Origin: Candidatus Krumholzibacteriia bacterium
GTDB lineage: Bacteria; Krumholzibacteriota; Krumholzibacteriia; LZORAL124-64-63
DNA length: 64,000 nucleotides
Direction: 5' to 3'
Assembly (NCBI GenBank): GCA_050174015.1
Contig: JBFXKG010000006.1
Coordinates: forward strand, 64,001-128,000
The notes below the pieces were generated by a model. That model worked only from the letters and a program-made list of their open reading frames with translations. It searched no databases and was not told where the DNA came from. The translations under genes were made by a program, and so were the position numbers. Below are positions 29,941 through 39,418 of the stretch, in pieces (position 1 is the first letter of the stretch; each line of letters opens with the position of its first letter).

Positions 29941-31683
29941 TCAAACCTTCTTTTCCCCGGTTTCCGGCAGATCGATTCCGATCAGGTCGGCCACGACCCG
30001 GATCACCCGCCGGGTCAGGAGGCTCAGGTGGAGCTGGGCCGTCCGCCGGTCCTCCTTGGCGGCGAGGATGCCCTGGCACTGGTCATGGCACTGGTTGTAG
30101 AGGCCGGCGATCTCCTGGAGATAGGCCGTCAGGCGGGCAGGCTCCCGGTGCTCGGCCGCCGAGATGATGATCCTGGGCAGCCGGACCAGTTCCCGGACGA
30201 GGTTCCACTCGCTCTCGGATTCGAGGTTGCCGAGGGTCTCCGCCGTGGGCTCGAGCAGCTCGATCCGCCGGGACTCCGCTTCCTGGAAGAAACCGCAGAT
30301 CCGGGCGTGGGCCGACCTGATCCTCGAAAGGGGGTTGACGTCGGACGGATCCCGGGCCAGGTCCAGATCGAATTCCAGCGTGCTGTTCGGCTTGCGGGTC
30401 AGGAAGAAGAACTTCGCGGCATCGGCGCCGACTTCGTCCACCAGCGCGTCCATGGTCACGACCTGGCCCTTGCGGCGCGAGGCGTCCAGGGGCCGTCCGT
30501 CCTGCAGGAAGGATACCTGCTCCACGATCTGGATCTCCAGCCATTCCGGCCAGACCCCCAGCGCGGCCATGGCCCCGGCCAGACGCTGGATGTAGCCGTG
30601 GTGATCGGGGCCCCAGAAGTCGATGGCGTGCTCGAAGCCGCGCTGGAACTTGTGGAAGTGGTAGGCGATGTCCGCCATGAAGTAGGTCGGCGTGCCGTCG
30701 GACCGGACCACGACGCGGTCCTGCTCGTCCCCGTAGTCGGTGGCCCGGAACCAGGTCGCCCCGTCCCGGACGAACACGGCCCCCTGCTTGGTCAGCCGGT
30801 CGAGGGCCCGCTCGATCCTCTTGGTCTCGTGCAGTTCCGACTCGAAATACCAGGTCTCGAACCGAAGCCCGAACCGGCGGCAGGTCTGGCGCTGCCAGCC
30901 GAGGATCCGCATCAGGGCGAACTTGGCGAAACAGCGGACCGACTCGTCCTCGGGCAGGGCGCTCCATTGCCGGGCGTCGCCGGGAGGGGCCTGGATCCGC
31001 TGGAAGCTCTCGTCGTTGAAGGCGGAGGAGGCCTTCTGGACGCCCTGGCTGTCGAGTCCCAGGAGTTCTCCCGCCATGATCTCCATGTAACGGCCGCGGT
31101 AGGCGTCGTCGGGGAATTCGACCTCCTCCCCGATCAGCTTCATGAAATGGGCCCGCAGGGAGCGTCCCAGGAGCTGCACCTGGAGACCCGCGTCGTTGAC
31201 GTAGTACTCGGCGTGGGCGTCGTAGCCCACCGCCTCCAGGAGCCTCACCAGGCACATGCCGAAGGCGCCGGCCCGGGCGGAGACGGCGGTCAGGGGACCG
31301 GTGGGATTGGCGCTGATGAACTCGACGTTGATGCGCTTGTTGCCGCCGGTGCGGATCCGTTCCAGGGCGCCGTCGGCTCGCCAGAGGTCGAGCAGCATCT
31401 CGATCTGGTGGCCGCGTGAGATGCGGAAGTTGATGAAGCCGGGCCCGGCGATCTCCACCGAATGGATCACCGAGCGGGGCAGGTGAACCTCGGCGGCGAT
31501 GACTCCCGCCAGCTCACGGGGCTTGCGGTCGAGGCGCCCGCCCAGGACCAGGGCCAGGTTGGTGCTCAGGTCCCCGTGGCTGCGGTCGCGGGGCTTTTCC
31601 AGCTGGATGTCCAGGTCGTCGTCGAACACCCCGATCTTTTCCAGGGCGGCCAGCAGACCCTTCCGCAGCAGATCCTCGACCAT
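29941..31683 (-). CDS. argS: Arginine--tRNA ligase-like protein with degenerate signature motifs
   Basis: Full ArgRS architecture (HGDLSTN, AGPGFINF, SANPTGPL, EYYVNDAG, YFMADIAYH, WGPDHHGY, AHARI), but HIGH, KMSKR and the C-terminus are altered (see findings). Confidence 0.85.
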   Translation of the reverse strand: MVEDLLRKGLLAALEKIGVFDDDLDIQLEKPRDRSHGDLSTNLALVLGGRLDRKPRELAGVIAAEVHLPRSVIHSVEIAGPGFINFRISRGHQIEMLLDLWRADGALERIRTGGNKRINVEFISANPTGPLTAVSARAGAFGMCLVRLLEAVGYDAHAEYYVNDAGLQVQLLGRSLRAHFMKLIGEEVEFPDDAYRGRYMEIMAGELLGLDSQGVQKASSAFNDESFQRIQAPPGDARQWSALPEDESVRCFAKFALMRILGWQRQTCRRFGLRFETWYFESELHETKRIERALDRLTKQGAVFVRDGATWFRATDYGDEQDRVVVRSDGTPTYFMADIAYHFHKFQRGFEHAIDFWGPDHHGYIQRLAGAMAALGVWPEWLEIQIVEQVSFLQDGRPLDASRRKGQVVTMDALVDEVGADAAKFFFLTRKPNSTLEFDLDLARDPSDVNPLSRIRSAHARICGFFQEAESRRIELLEPTAETLGNLESESEWNLVRELVRLPRIIISAAEHREPARLTAYLQEIAGLYNQCHDQCQGILAAKEDRRTAQLHLSLLTRRVIRVVADLIGIDLPETGEKKV

Positions 31684-31695
31684 GACGCAGGTCCC

Positions 31696-32187
31696 TCAGG
31701 ATGCCGGGCCGGAGCCGGGCTGGGGCGGCGGGACGATCCCCGGATGGCGTCCGGAGACCTCGGGGGATGCGAACCAGGACGGGTCGAGATCGAGCCGGCC
31801 GGCATCTCCCCAGAGCCGTTCCAGCTGGTAGTAACGACGGGACTCGGGATGGAAGACGTGGACCACGACGTCGAAGAAATCGATCAGGACCCAGCGGCCG
31901 TCGTCCATGCCCTCGATCCCCTTGGCGCGGTGCCCGGCATCCAGCAGCTTGCTCTGCAGGTTGCGGGCGAGCGCCTTGACCTGGACGTCGGAATTCCCCT
32001 CGGCGATGACGAAGAAGTCGCACACGTCCGACCGCCCGCGCAGGTCGAGGACGACCAGGTTCTCCCCCTTCTTCTCCAGCAGGTGCCACCCCGCCAGCTC
32101 GGCCAGGCTGAACCCGTCCGAATCGTCGGGCATGTGGAAGGTCGCGGGCGACTCCGGGGAAGCATCGGGAATCATTTCTGGAGTCAT
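31696..32187 (-). CDS. rsfS: Ribosome silencing factor
   Basis: KKGENLVVLDL, DFFVIA, WVLIDFFDVVVHVF, RRYYQLERLWGDA. Confidence 0.95.
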   Translation of the reverse strand: MTPEMIPDASPESPATFHMPDDSDGFSLAELAGWHLLEKKGENLVVLDLRGRSDVCDFFVIAEGNSDVQVKALARNLQSKLLDAGHRAKGIEGMDDGRWVLIDFFDVVVHVFHPESRRYYQLERLWGDAGRLDLDPSWFASPEVSGRHPGIVPPPQPGSGPAS

Positions 32188-32194
32188 GACGATC

Positions 32195-33199
32195 CTAGTT
32201 CAGTCGGTTGATGACGTACTCGACGGCGACGGCCAGCAGCTTCTTCTGGGGGCCGGAGGCCAGGGGGGCGAGGGCCAGCTTGGCCTCCTCCCCGAACTGG
32301 CGGGCCTTGTCGAAGGAATAATCGACTCCGCCGAATTCGGTGACCAGTCCCCTCACCTCGGGCCAGCCCGCGGCCCGCAGGGCGGGATCCGTCTGCCGGC
32401 TCAGCTCCCGGATACGGTCGCGCACCCCGTCCGGCGCGTTGGCGAGGGCCGCGATCAGGGGCAGGGTGATCCGCCCCTCCTCCCAGTCCTGGCCGGTCGG
32501 CTTGCCCAGGCGGCGCTCGTCCCCCAGGTAGTCGAAGATGTCGTCCGTGATCTGGAACACCAGGCCGGTCTTGCAGCCGAAGGTGCCGAAGGCCTCCTCC
32601 TCGGCCGCGAGACGCCGGTTGAACGACACGCCGATGCGGCAGCTGTTCTCGATGAGGCTGGCCGTCTTCTGGTAGATGATCTGCAGGTAGCGGTCCTCGC
32701 TGATGTCCAGGTCGTACCGGTGCTCGAGCTGGAGCATCTCCGCCTCGCTCATCAGGACGGTCGTGCGGGCGAGCAGCTCGACGGCGTGGTCAAGCCCCGC
32801 CTCGCAGAGGTTGTGGAGGGCCTTGGAATAGAGGAAGTCCCCCATGATCAGGGCGGCGCTGGCGCCGTACTTCTGGTTGACCGAGGGGAGCCCCCTGCGG
32901 GTCAACGCCTCGTCGATGAAGTCGTCGTGGACCAGGGTCGCCGTGTGCACCAGTTCCACGCTGGCGGCCGCGGTGATGGCCTCCCGGGGGAAACCGTCCC
33001 CGTCCTGGGCGGCGAGCAGCAGCAGGGTCGGGCGGAATCGCTTGCTCTTGCCGAGATGGATGTGGTCGCAGATCTCCGTGGTCAGGGGACTGTTGCCCGA
33101 AGTGATCCGCCGGAATTCCCGATCCACCTCCGCGAGGGCCGGCGCGATGGACCGCTGCAGGGTGATCAGCTTGATCCGTTCCTTATCGACAAGTCCCAT
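32195..33199 (-). CDS. Polyprenyl diphosphate synthase (IspB/HepT-like)
   Basis: KRFRP, HTATLVHDDFID...RRG (first Asp-rich motif), KTA, FQITDDIFD (second), GKPTGQD; start ATG 33199. Confidence 0.94.
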   Translation of the reverse strand: MGLVDKERIKLITLQRSIAPALAEVDREFRRITSGNSPLTTEICDHIHLGKSKRFRPTLLLLAAQDGDGFPREAITAAASVELVHTATLVHDDFIDEALTRRGLPSVNQKYGASAALIMGDFLYSKALHNLCEAGLDHAVELLARTTVLMSEAEMLQLEHRYDLDISEDRYLQIIYQKTASLIENSCRIGVSFNRRLAAEEEAFGTFGCKTGLVFQITDDIFDYLGDERRLGKPTGQDWEEGRITLPLIAALANAPDGVRDRIRELSRQTDPALRAAGWPEVRGLVTEFGGVDYSFDKARQFGEEAKLALAPLASGPQKKLLAVAVEYVINRLN

Positions 33200-33271
33200 C
33201 GAAACCTGCTCTCGACTGGAGATTCTGTGGTCGCCCCCCGGCATGGGGCGGCTGCAGGGGTCCTGGACACA

Positions 33272-33299
33272 AATATTCGCAAAAGAACGCCCCTGTCAA
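33272..33299 (-). promoter_or_regulatory. Putative internal promoter for polyprenyl synthase-rsfS-argS-like-pfkB
   Basis: TTGACA-N16-AATATT; the -35 overlaps the tatC stop codon. Confidence 0.5.
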
Positions 33300-34132
33300 T
33301 CCTGTTTCCGCTTATTGCGGGTGACGGCGATGGAAACCAGCACCGATCCCAGGTAGAGGATGAGGACCGGAACGCCCATCATGACCTGGCTGATCACGTC
33401 CGGGGGCGTGAGCAGGGCGGAGGCGGTGAAGATCAGGATCACCGCCAATCGCCACCCGCGCAACAGAATGTGAGGGTTGACGATGCCGATCACGCTGAGG
33501 AAGAGCACGACCAGGGGCAACTCGAAGACCAGCCCGAAGGCCAGGCACAGCCGCGACACGAAGGCGAAATACGGCCCCACGCCGATCAGGGGCTCCATCC
33601 CGGAGGTCCCGAAACTCAGGAGGAAGCTGATGACCTGGGGAATGACCACCAGGAAGGCGAACGCCACTCCGGCATAGAAGAGAAGGGTGGTGGTCAGCAA
33701 CAGCGGCGTGACGACCTTGCGTTCCTTGGCGTAGAGTCCCGGCAGGATGAACGCATAGATCCGGAACAGGATGAACGGCAGGACCACGAAGATCCCCACC
33801 GCTGCGGAGATCTTCAGCCGCACCAGGAAGGCTTCGTTGGGCGCCGTGAAGTAGACGCCCTCGGAGGCGAGCGGCGAGATCAGCAGATCCAGCAGGCGGG
33901 CGGACACGAACCAGCAGAGGACCGTCGCCGCCATGGCCGCCAGCCCGGAATGGATCAGGACGGACCGCAGTTCGGCCAGGTGATCGAGGAAACCCATCTG
34001 GCCGTCGTCGGAGCCGGGGGGCGGAGATTCGTCCTTCGCCTCCGGTTCGGCCGGTCCGGGGGAGCCGGCCTCGGGCCGCTGGTCGAGGGGCTTCCGCTCG
34101 GGATCCCCGTTCGGCGGCGAAAGCGGGCTCAT
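33296..34132 (-). CDS. tatC: Twin-arginine translocase subunit TatC
   Basis: MGFLDHLAELR, FILPGLYAKE, FGLVFELP, LTPPDVISQ; ATG at 34132 overlaps the nrdR stop. Confidence 0.95.
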   Translation of the reverse strand: MSPLSPPNGDPERKPLDQRPEAGSPGPAEPEAKDESPPPGSDDGQMGFLDHLAELRSVLIHSGLAAMAATVLCWFVSARLLDLLISPLASEGVYFTAPNEAFLVRLKISAAVGIFVVLPFILFRIYAFILPGLYAKERKVVTPLLLTTTLLFYAGVAFAFLVVIPQVISFLLSFGTSGMEPLIGVGPYFAFVSRLCLAFGLVFELPLVVLFLSVIGIVNPHILLRGWRLAVILIFTASALLTPPDVISQVMMGVPVLILYLGSVLVSIAVTRNKRKQD

Positions 34133-34605
34133 GCGTCCTCGTCCCTTGGCGGCGGAGTGTCCTTGAGGTCGCGCAGCAGCTGGAAGAACTCGTCCACGTT
34201 CTGGAAGCTGCGGTACACCGAGGCGAACCGGACGTAGGCGACCTCGTCCACCTGCCGCAATTCCTCCAGGACGTAACGGCCGATGGTCTCGCTGGGCACC
34301 TCGCGCCTGCCGGAGGCGGCGAGCTTCAGTTCGACGTGATCGACGATGATCTCGATCTCCTCGAGGGCCACCGGCCGCTTCTCGCAGGCCTTGGTCACCC
34401 CGACGATGACCTTGGCGCGGTTGTAGGCGACCCGGTCCCCGCTGCGCTTGACCACCAGGACCGGGCGCGTCTCGATGGCTTCGTAGGTGGTGAAGCGTTC
34501 GGCGCAGTGCGTGCACTCCCGCCGGCGACGGACGGCCCGGCCGTCACGTACGGCCCGGCTGTCGATCACCTTGTCGTCTTCGTGGCCGCAACGGGGACAC
34601 TTCAT
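34129..34605 (-). CDS. nrdR: Transcriptional repressor NrdR
   Basis: MKCPRC, VIDSR, RRRREC..C..RFTTYE, ATP-cone, VAYVRFASVY. Confidence 0.97.
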   Translation of the reverse strand: MKCPRCGHEDDKVIDSRAVRDGRAVRRRRECTHCAERFTTYEAIETRPVLVVKRSGDRVAYNRAKVIVGVTKACEKRPVALEEIEIIVDHVELKLAASGRREVPSETIGRYVLEELRQVDEVAYVRFASVYRSFQNVDEFFQLLRDLKDTPPPRDEDA

Positions 34606-34621
34606 GCCCGACCTCCCCGCC

Positions 34622-35869
34622 TCAGGCCAGGTCCGGATACAGGGGGAACGCGCGGCAGAGTTCCTCGCTTTCGCCCCGGAGGGCCGCCAGGGCGGCCTCG
34701 TCGTTCCGGGCGTCCACGGCCCGGTCCATGATGGAGGCGATCCGCTTCATCTGCTCGACCCCCATGCCCCGCGAGGTCAGGGCGGGCGTGCCGATGCGGA
34801 TCCCGCTGGTGACGAACGGGGATTCCTGGTCGAACGGCACCGTGTTCTTGTTGACGGTGATCCCCACGTGCTCGAGCAGGGACTCCATGTCCTGCCCGGT
34901 CAGTCCCTTGCTGGTGAGATTGACCAGCAGCAGATGGTTGTCGGTCCCCCCGCTGACCAGGCGGAACCCGCGTTCCAGCAGGCTCCCGGCCAGGGCGGCG
35001 GCGTTCTCGACCGTCCTGCGGGCATACAGCTTGAACTCGTCCTGCATGCACTCGTGGAAGCAGACGGCCTTGGCGGCGATCACGTGCATCAGGGGACCGC
35101 CCTGCACGCCGGGGAAGTTCGTCTTCTGGATCGCCTTGAAGTGCTCCTGCGTGCTCAGGATCAACCCCCCGCGGGGGCCGCGCAGGGTCTTGTGCGTGGT
35201 GGAGGTCACGACGTCGCAATGGGGCACCGGGCTGGGATGGACGCCCCCGGCCACCAGACCGGCGATGTGGGCCATGTCGAACAGGAGGATCGCTCCGACC
35301 TCGTCGGCGATGCTGCGCAGCTTCGCGAAGTCCCAGAACCGGGGATAGGCGCTCGCTCCGCCGACGATCATCTTCGGGCCCTCCGCCTTCGCCTGATCGC
35401 GCAGACGATCGTAGTCGATGGTCTCGGTGGTCCGGTCCACCTCGTAGTGGACGGCCTCGAACAGGGAGCCGGAGAAGTTCACCGGATGGCCGTGCGTCAG
35501 GTGCCCCCCGTGCGAAAGGCTCAGGCCCAGGATCCTGTCGCCCGGCTTCAGGAACGCGAGGTAGGCCGTCAGGTTGGCCGTGGACCCGCTGTGGGGCTGG
35601 ACGTTGGCGCGCTCGGCCCCGAACAGTTCGGTGGCCCGCCGCTTGGCCAGGGTCTCGGCGGTGTCGACGTGGGAGCAGCCGCCGTAATAGCGTTTGCCGG
35701 GGTAGCCCTCGGCATACTTGTTGGTCAGCGTGGAGCCCATGGCCTCCATGACCGCCCGGCTGGTGAAGTTCTCGCTCGCGATCATCTCCAGCTGGTTGCG
35801 CTGCCGGGCCAGTTCCAGGTCCAGGACCTCGGCGATCTCCGGATCGATCCTGCGGACTTCGTCGTACAT
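34622..35869 (-). CDS. glyA: Serine hydroxymethyltransferase
   Basis: [39 protein letters not shown]. Confidence 0.98.
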   Translation of the reverse strand: MYDEVRRIDPEIAEVLDLELARQRNQLEMIASENFTSRAVMEAMGSTLTNKYAEGYPGKRYYGGCSHVDTAETLAKRRATELFGAERANVQPHSGSTANLTAYLAFLKPGDRILGLSLSHGGHLTHGHPVNFSGSLFEAVHYEVDRTTETIDYDRLRDQAKAEGPKMIVGGASAYPRFWDFAKLRSIADEVGAILLFDMAHIAGLVAGGVHPSPVPHCDVVTSTTHKTLRGPRGGLILSTQEHFKAIQKTNFPGVQGGPLMHVIAAKAVCFHECMQDEFKLYARRTVENAAALAGSLLERGFRLVSGGTDNHLLLVNLTSKGLTGQDMESLLEHVGITVNKNTVPFDQESPFVTSGIRIGTPALTSRGMGVEQMKRIASIMDRAVDARNDEAALAALRGESEELCRAFPLYPDLA

Positions 35870-35879
35870 GGCGCCGCTC

Positions 35880-36329
35880 CTATCTGAGGTGTTCCGCTTC
35901 GTAAGCCGTGATCTTGTCCACCCGGCGGGCGTGGCGCCCGCCTGCGAATTCCGTTTCCAGATACGCGTCCGCGATCGCCGCCGCGTCGCGCGGCTCCAGG
36001 GCGTCCCCGCTCAGGCAAAGCACGTTGCTGTCGTTGTGAAGGCGGGTGGTCCGAGCCTGGTCGGGGGTGAAGCAGAGGGACGCCCGCACGCCCTTGACCT
36101 TGTTGGCGGCGATGCTCATGCCGATCCCCGAACCGCAGATCAGGATCCCCGCCTGGGCCCGGCCCGATGCCACCATCGCGGCGACATCGAGAGCCGCGTC
36201 GGGGTAGTCCGCCGGGTCGGGGCCCGGACAGCCGCAATCCGCGACCTCCACCCCCCTGCCTGCCAGATGGGCGGCCAGCGTGCTCTTGTGGGCGAATCCA
36301 CGATGGTCCGAGCCGACGGCGATGATCAT
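35880..36329 (-). CDS. rpiB: Ribose-5-phosphate isomerase B
   Basis: [38 protein letters not shown]; start ATG 36329. Confidence 0.96.
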   Translation of the reverse strand: MIIAVGSDHRGFAHKSTLAAHLAGRGVEVADCGCPGPDPADYPDAALDVAAMVASGRAQAGILICGSGIGMSIAANKVKGVRASLCFTPDQARTTRLHNDSNVLCLSGDALEPRDAAAIADAYLETEFAGGRHARRVDKITAYEAEHLR

Positions 36330-36826
36330 TCCCAGTCTCCCGCTTGCGTGGACAGATTCCTGAAGACGGGCTCCCAGCCGGCCAGCAGGCGCTGGATCTG
36401 GGTGCCGCAACGATCGTAGTCCTCGAAGGCGCCGCCGTAGGGGTCGGCCACCTCCTCCATGTCCGGCGAATGCCCCAGCCCCGTCAGATCGAGTCCCGGT
36501 GCTCCCAGGACTCCCACGAAACCGGAGTACCCGTTCCCCCAGGAGCTGCGGAACATGGCCGCATGGGACCGGGTCATGCCGATGACCCAGAGCCCTCCCG
36601 CAAGGCCGGCCGGAGTCACCGGCCTGGACCTGTGGCATCCCAGATCGACGCCCAGACCGGCGGCGAACCTCCGCGAACCCTCCGATGCGGGATAGCCTTC
36701 CGGCGCCGCCAGTCCCAGGGAGGCGAAGTTCAATCCCGCATCCGGGAACATCCAGCGGGCCAGCCCCTCCGCCAGGGGGCTGCGGCAGATGTTGCCCGTG
36801 CACAGGAAGATGACGAGCCTGGACAT
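36326..36826 (-). CDS. Low-molecular-weight protein phosphatase (YwlE/YfkJ family)
   Basis: P-loop CTGNICRS, HRSR, DPYGG; start ATG 36826. Confidence 0.92.
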   Translation of the reverse strand: MSRLVIFLCTGNICRSPLAEGLARWMFPDAGLNFASLGLAAPEGYPASEGSRRFAAGLGVDLGCHRSRPVTPAGLAGGLWVIGMTRSHAAMFRSSWGNGYSGFVGVLGAPGLDLTGLGHSPDMEEVADPYGGAFEDYDRCGTQIQRLLAGWEPVFRNLSTQAGDWE

Positions 36827-36878
36827 GGTCCTCCCGGGAAACCGGTCGGGAATCGCGCCTCTCATCGCCGGAAAACCA

Positions 36879-36907
36879 AAACTAGGCGGCCCCGAAGTGG
36901 CCGTCAA
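36879..36907 (-). promoter_or_regulatory. Putative internal promoter upstream of LMW-PTP-rpiB-glyA
   Basis: TTGACG-N17-TAGTTT; the -35 overlaps the tsaC stop codon. Confidence 0.5.
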
Positions 36908-37521
36908 GAGGCGTCGGGATCCACCAGGGGCAGCGGCCCCGGCCCCTCGCGCAGGACCTGCGGCGGCCAGACGGTCGCATCCACCAGGGCGCTGGGCGCG
37001 GTCCCCGGATCGGACTCCTGCCCCGGATCCGGAGCCCACGCGCCGTCCACCCCATCCCCCATCTCGGCGAGGGCCTCGCGGACGGTCCGGCAAGGAGGCC
37101 GGCCGGTCAGGTTGGCGCTGGTGGAAACGAGCGCGCCGCCTGCGGCCTCGATCAAGCGGCGCAGTTCCGCGCATGCGGGCACGCGGACCGCGAGGGTGCC
37201 GTCGGGCCCGCGGACCCCGGCCGCCAGCCCCGGCCGGCCGGGCAGGATGAGGGAATAGGGTCCCGGCCAGCAACGGCGGCAGAGCGAAGCGACCCGGTCG
37301 TCCAGGTCCTCCACCAGGGCGAAGGCCATCTCGAGGGAACCCGCCAGGACCAGCGCGGGTTTCCCCTCGGGCCGTCCCTTCATCCGGAAGATGCGTTCCA
37401 CGGCGGCGGGATCGTCGGCGCGCCCGTGCAGGCCCGGCAAGGTGTCGGTCTGGAGGATGTAGACCCCGCCGGCGGCCAGACCCGCAGCCGTCTCCGCGAA
37501 ATCCCCGCGAGTCGGGTCCAC
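36904..37521 (-). CDS. tsaC: L-threonylcarbamoyladenylate synthase (TsaC/Sua5, short form)
   Basis: QTDTLPGL, KGRPEGKP, WPGPYS, AVRVP, STSAN. Confidence 0.9.
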   Translation of the reverse strand: MDPTRGDFAETAAGLAAGGVYILQTDTLPGLHGRADDPAAVERIFRMKGRPEGKPALVLAGSLEMAFALVEDLDDRVASLCRRCWPGPYSLILPGRPGLAAGVRGPDGTLAVRVPACAELRRLIEAAGGALVSTSANLTGRPPCRTVREALAEMGDGVDGAWAPDPGQESDPGTAPSALVDATVWPPQVLREGPGPLPLVDPDAS

Positions 37522-37522
37522 C

Positions 37523-38011
37523 TCAGCTCCCGCCCCGCGCCAGTTCCCGCCGGTAGTCCGCGACGGCCGCGGCCACCCCCGAATCCTTCAGGGCGATCAT
37601 GCGGGCCGCCAGGCAGGCCGCGTTGCGGGCGCCCGCGCTTCCCACCGCGACCGTCGCCACCGGGACTCCCGGGGGCATCTGCACGATGGACAGCAGGGCG
37701 TCGACCCCCGCCAGGGGGCCGCTCGCCACGGGCACTCCGATCACCGGGCGCCCGGTCAGCGAAGCCACCACGCCCGGCAGGTGGGCGGCCATGCCGGCCA
37801 GGGCGATGAAGACCTCGGTCCCGCCCTTGTCGGCCCGCGCCACGATGCGCCGCAGCTTGTCGTGCTGGCGATGGGCGGAGGCGACCTGGACCTCGTAGGT
37901 CAGGCCGAAGCGATCGAGCAGGGGCAGCATCTTCTCGATCACCGGCAGGTCGCTGGCGCTCCCGAGCAGGACCATGACCCGCGGTGCGGGGGCGGTCTTT
38001 CCGGCAGGCAT
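37523..38011 (-). CDS. purE: N5-CAIR mutase / AIR carboxylase
   Basis: GSASD, SAHR, AGMAAHLPGV, SIVQMPPGVPVATV. Confidence 0.96.
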   Translation of the reverse strand: MPAGKTAPAPRVMVLLGSASDLPVIEKMLPLLDRFGLTYEVQVASAHRQHDKLRRIVARADKGGTEVFIALAGMAAHLPGVVASLTGRPVIGVPVASGPLAGVDALLSIVQMPPGVPVATVAVGSAGARNAACLAARMIALKDSGVAAAVADYRRELARGGS

Positions 38012-39334
38012 CTAATCCCCTTCCCCTGATCCGGCGATGTCGCGCCGGAAGGTCAAACCCTCGAAGTGGACCTGATCCAGCAGGCCGTAGGCCGCATTGC
38101 GCGCGTCCCGGAGACTCATCCCCGAGCCGACCGCTCCGAGCACGCGGCCCCCGGACGTGACCAGGCGGCCGCCCTCCAGGGAGGTGCCGGCATGGACGAG
38201 CCACCGGTCGGCGTGCTCGCCGTCCGGAAGGTCGATGGGGCGGCCCTTGACGTAGCGGCCCGGATACCCGTCGCTGGCTGCGACCACCACCACCGAATGA
38301 CGCAGCCAGGTGGTCAACCCGGCGCCCGTCCAGTCCTGCGGCTGGAGTTCCTCCACCTCGTGCAGGCCCTGCAGGAAGTTGCCCAGGTTGCCGTTGGCAG
38401 TGGTCCAGCAGAGGTCCAGGAAGTCCCCCTTGAGCAGGGGCAGCACGACCTGGGTCTCCGGATCGCCGAACCGGCAGTTGAACTCCAGGACCTGGGGGCC
38501 GTCCTCGGTCAGCATCAGCCCGGCGTACAGGACGCCGCGGTAGGGGATGTCGCGGCGCCGGAGCTCCGCCAGCACCGGCAGGACGATCCGGCCGTCGATC
38601 TCGGCATAGAGGTGCGGGGGCAGCCGGACGGGCGCGAAGGCCCCCATCCCTCCGGTATTGGGACCCATGTCCTTCTCGCCGATCCGCTTGTAGTCACGGC
38701 TGGGAGCGAGCAGGCAGTAGTCCTGGCCGTCGGTCACGATGAGGACGGACAATTCGGGACCGAAGAGGCATTCCTCCATGAGGATGCGCAGGCCCGAGCC
38801 GCCGAACACCTGCTCGTCCAGGCATTTCCTGATGTGCGCTTCGGCCTCCTCCCGGGTCGAGCACACCGCCACGCCCTTGCCCTGGGCCGCGCCGCAGGCC
38901 TTGATGACCACCGGCAGATCGATCTTGTCCAGGTGCTTCAGGGCCGCGTCGGTGCTGCTGAAGGCGTGGAAACGGGGGGTGGGGACCCCGGCGGAGGCCA
39001 GCACCTCCTTGGCGAATTCCTTGTCTCCCTCGAGCCTGGCGCCCATGGCCCCCGGCCCGAAGACCGCGATGCCGTCGCGCCGCAGCCGGTCGGCGAGACC
39101 GGCGATGAGGGGGTCCTCCGGTCCGATGATGACCAGCTGGATCTCCTCCTCCAGGCAGAAGCGCGCCACGTCGCCGCCACGGTGGGGATCCAGGGGCACG
39201 TTCGCGGCCAGCCCGGCCGTCCCGGGGTTGCCGGGGGCTGCGAAGATGACCGGGTCGAGGTCCGAAGCGGCCAGCTGGCGCACGATCGCGTGTTCGCGCC
39301 CCCCTGAACCGATGACGAGAACCTTCATGGGCAT
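38012..39334 (-). CDS. purD: Phosphoribosylamine--glycine ligase
   Basis: GSGGREHA, APGNPG, GPEDPL, GPNTGGMGA, EFNCRFGDPE, SGGRVL. Confidence 0.97.
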   Translation of the reverse strand: MPMKVLVIGSGGREHAIVRQLAASDLDPVIFAAPGNPGTAGLAANVPLDPHRGGDVARFCLEEEIQLVIIGPEDPLIAGLADRLRRDGIAVFGPGAMGARLEGDKEFAKEVLASAGVPTPRFHAFSSTDAALKHLDKIDLPVVIKACGAAQGKGVAVCSTREEAEAHIRKCLDEQVFGGSGLRILMEECLFGPELSVLIVTDGQDYCLLAPSRDYKRIGEKDMGPNTGGMGAFAPVRLPPHLYAEIDGRIVLPVLAELRRRDIPYRGVLYAGLMLTEDGPQVLEFNCRFGDPETQVVLPLLKGDFLDLCWTTANGNLGNFLQGLHEVEELQPQDWTGAGLTTWLRHSVVVVAASDGYPGRYVKGRPIDLPDGEHADRWLVHAGTSLEGGRLVTSGGRVLGAVGSGMSLRDARNAAYGLLDQVHFEGLTFRRDIAGSGEGD

Positions 39335-39351
39335 GCGGCACTCCTTGGAAT

Positions 39352-39412
39352 CGAGGCCGGCCGGGAGCCGGCCGGCCTCGGGATACTACGCGGTCCGCAG
39401 GGCGGGGATCAA
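39352..39412 (-). promoter_or_regulatory. Putative purD promoter followed by a 5' hairpin
   Basis: TTGATC-N18-TAGTAT (39383-39412), then a perfect 13-bp stem CGAGGCCGGCCGG-N3-CCGGCCGGCCTCG (39352-39380). Confidence 0.5.
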
Positions 39413-39418
39413 CGGGAA

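Noticed and set aside
33296..34132. tatC without adjacent tatA/tatB
   Set aside because: Dispersed tat genes are common; not informative from this window alone.
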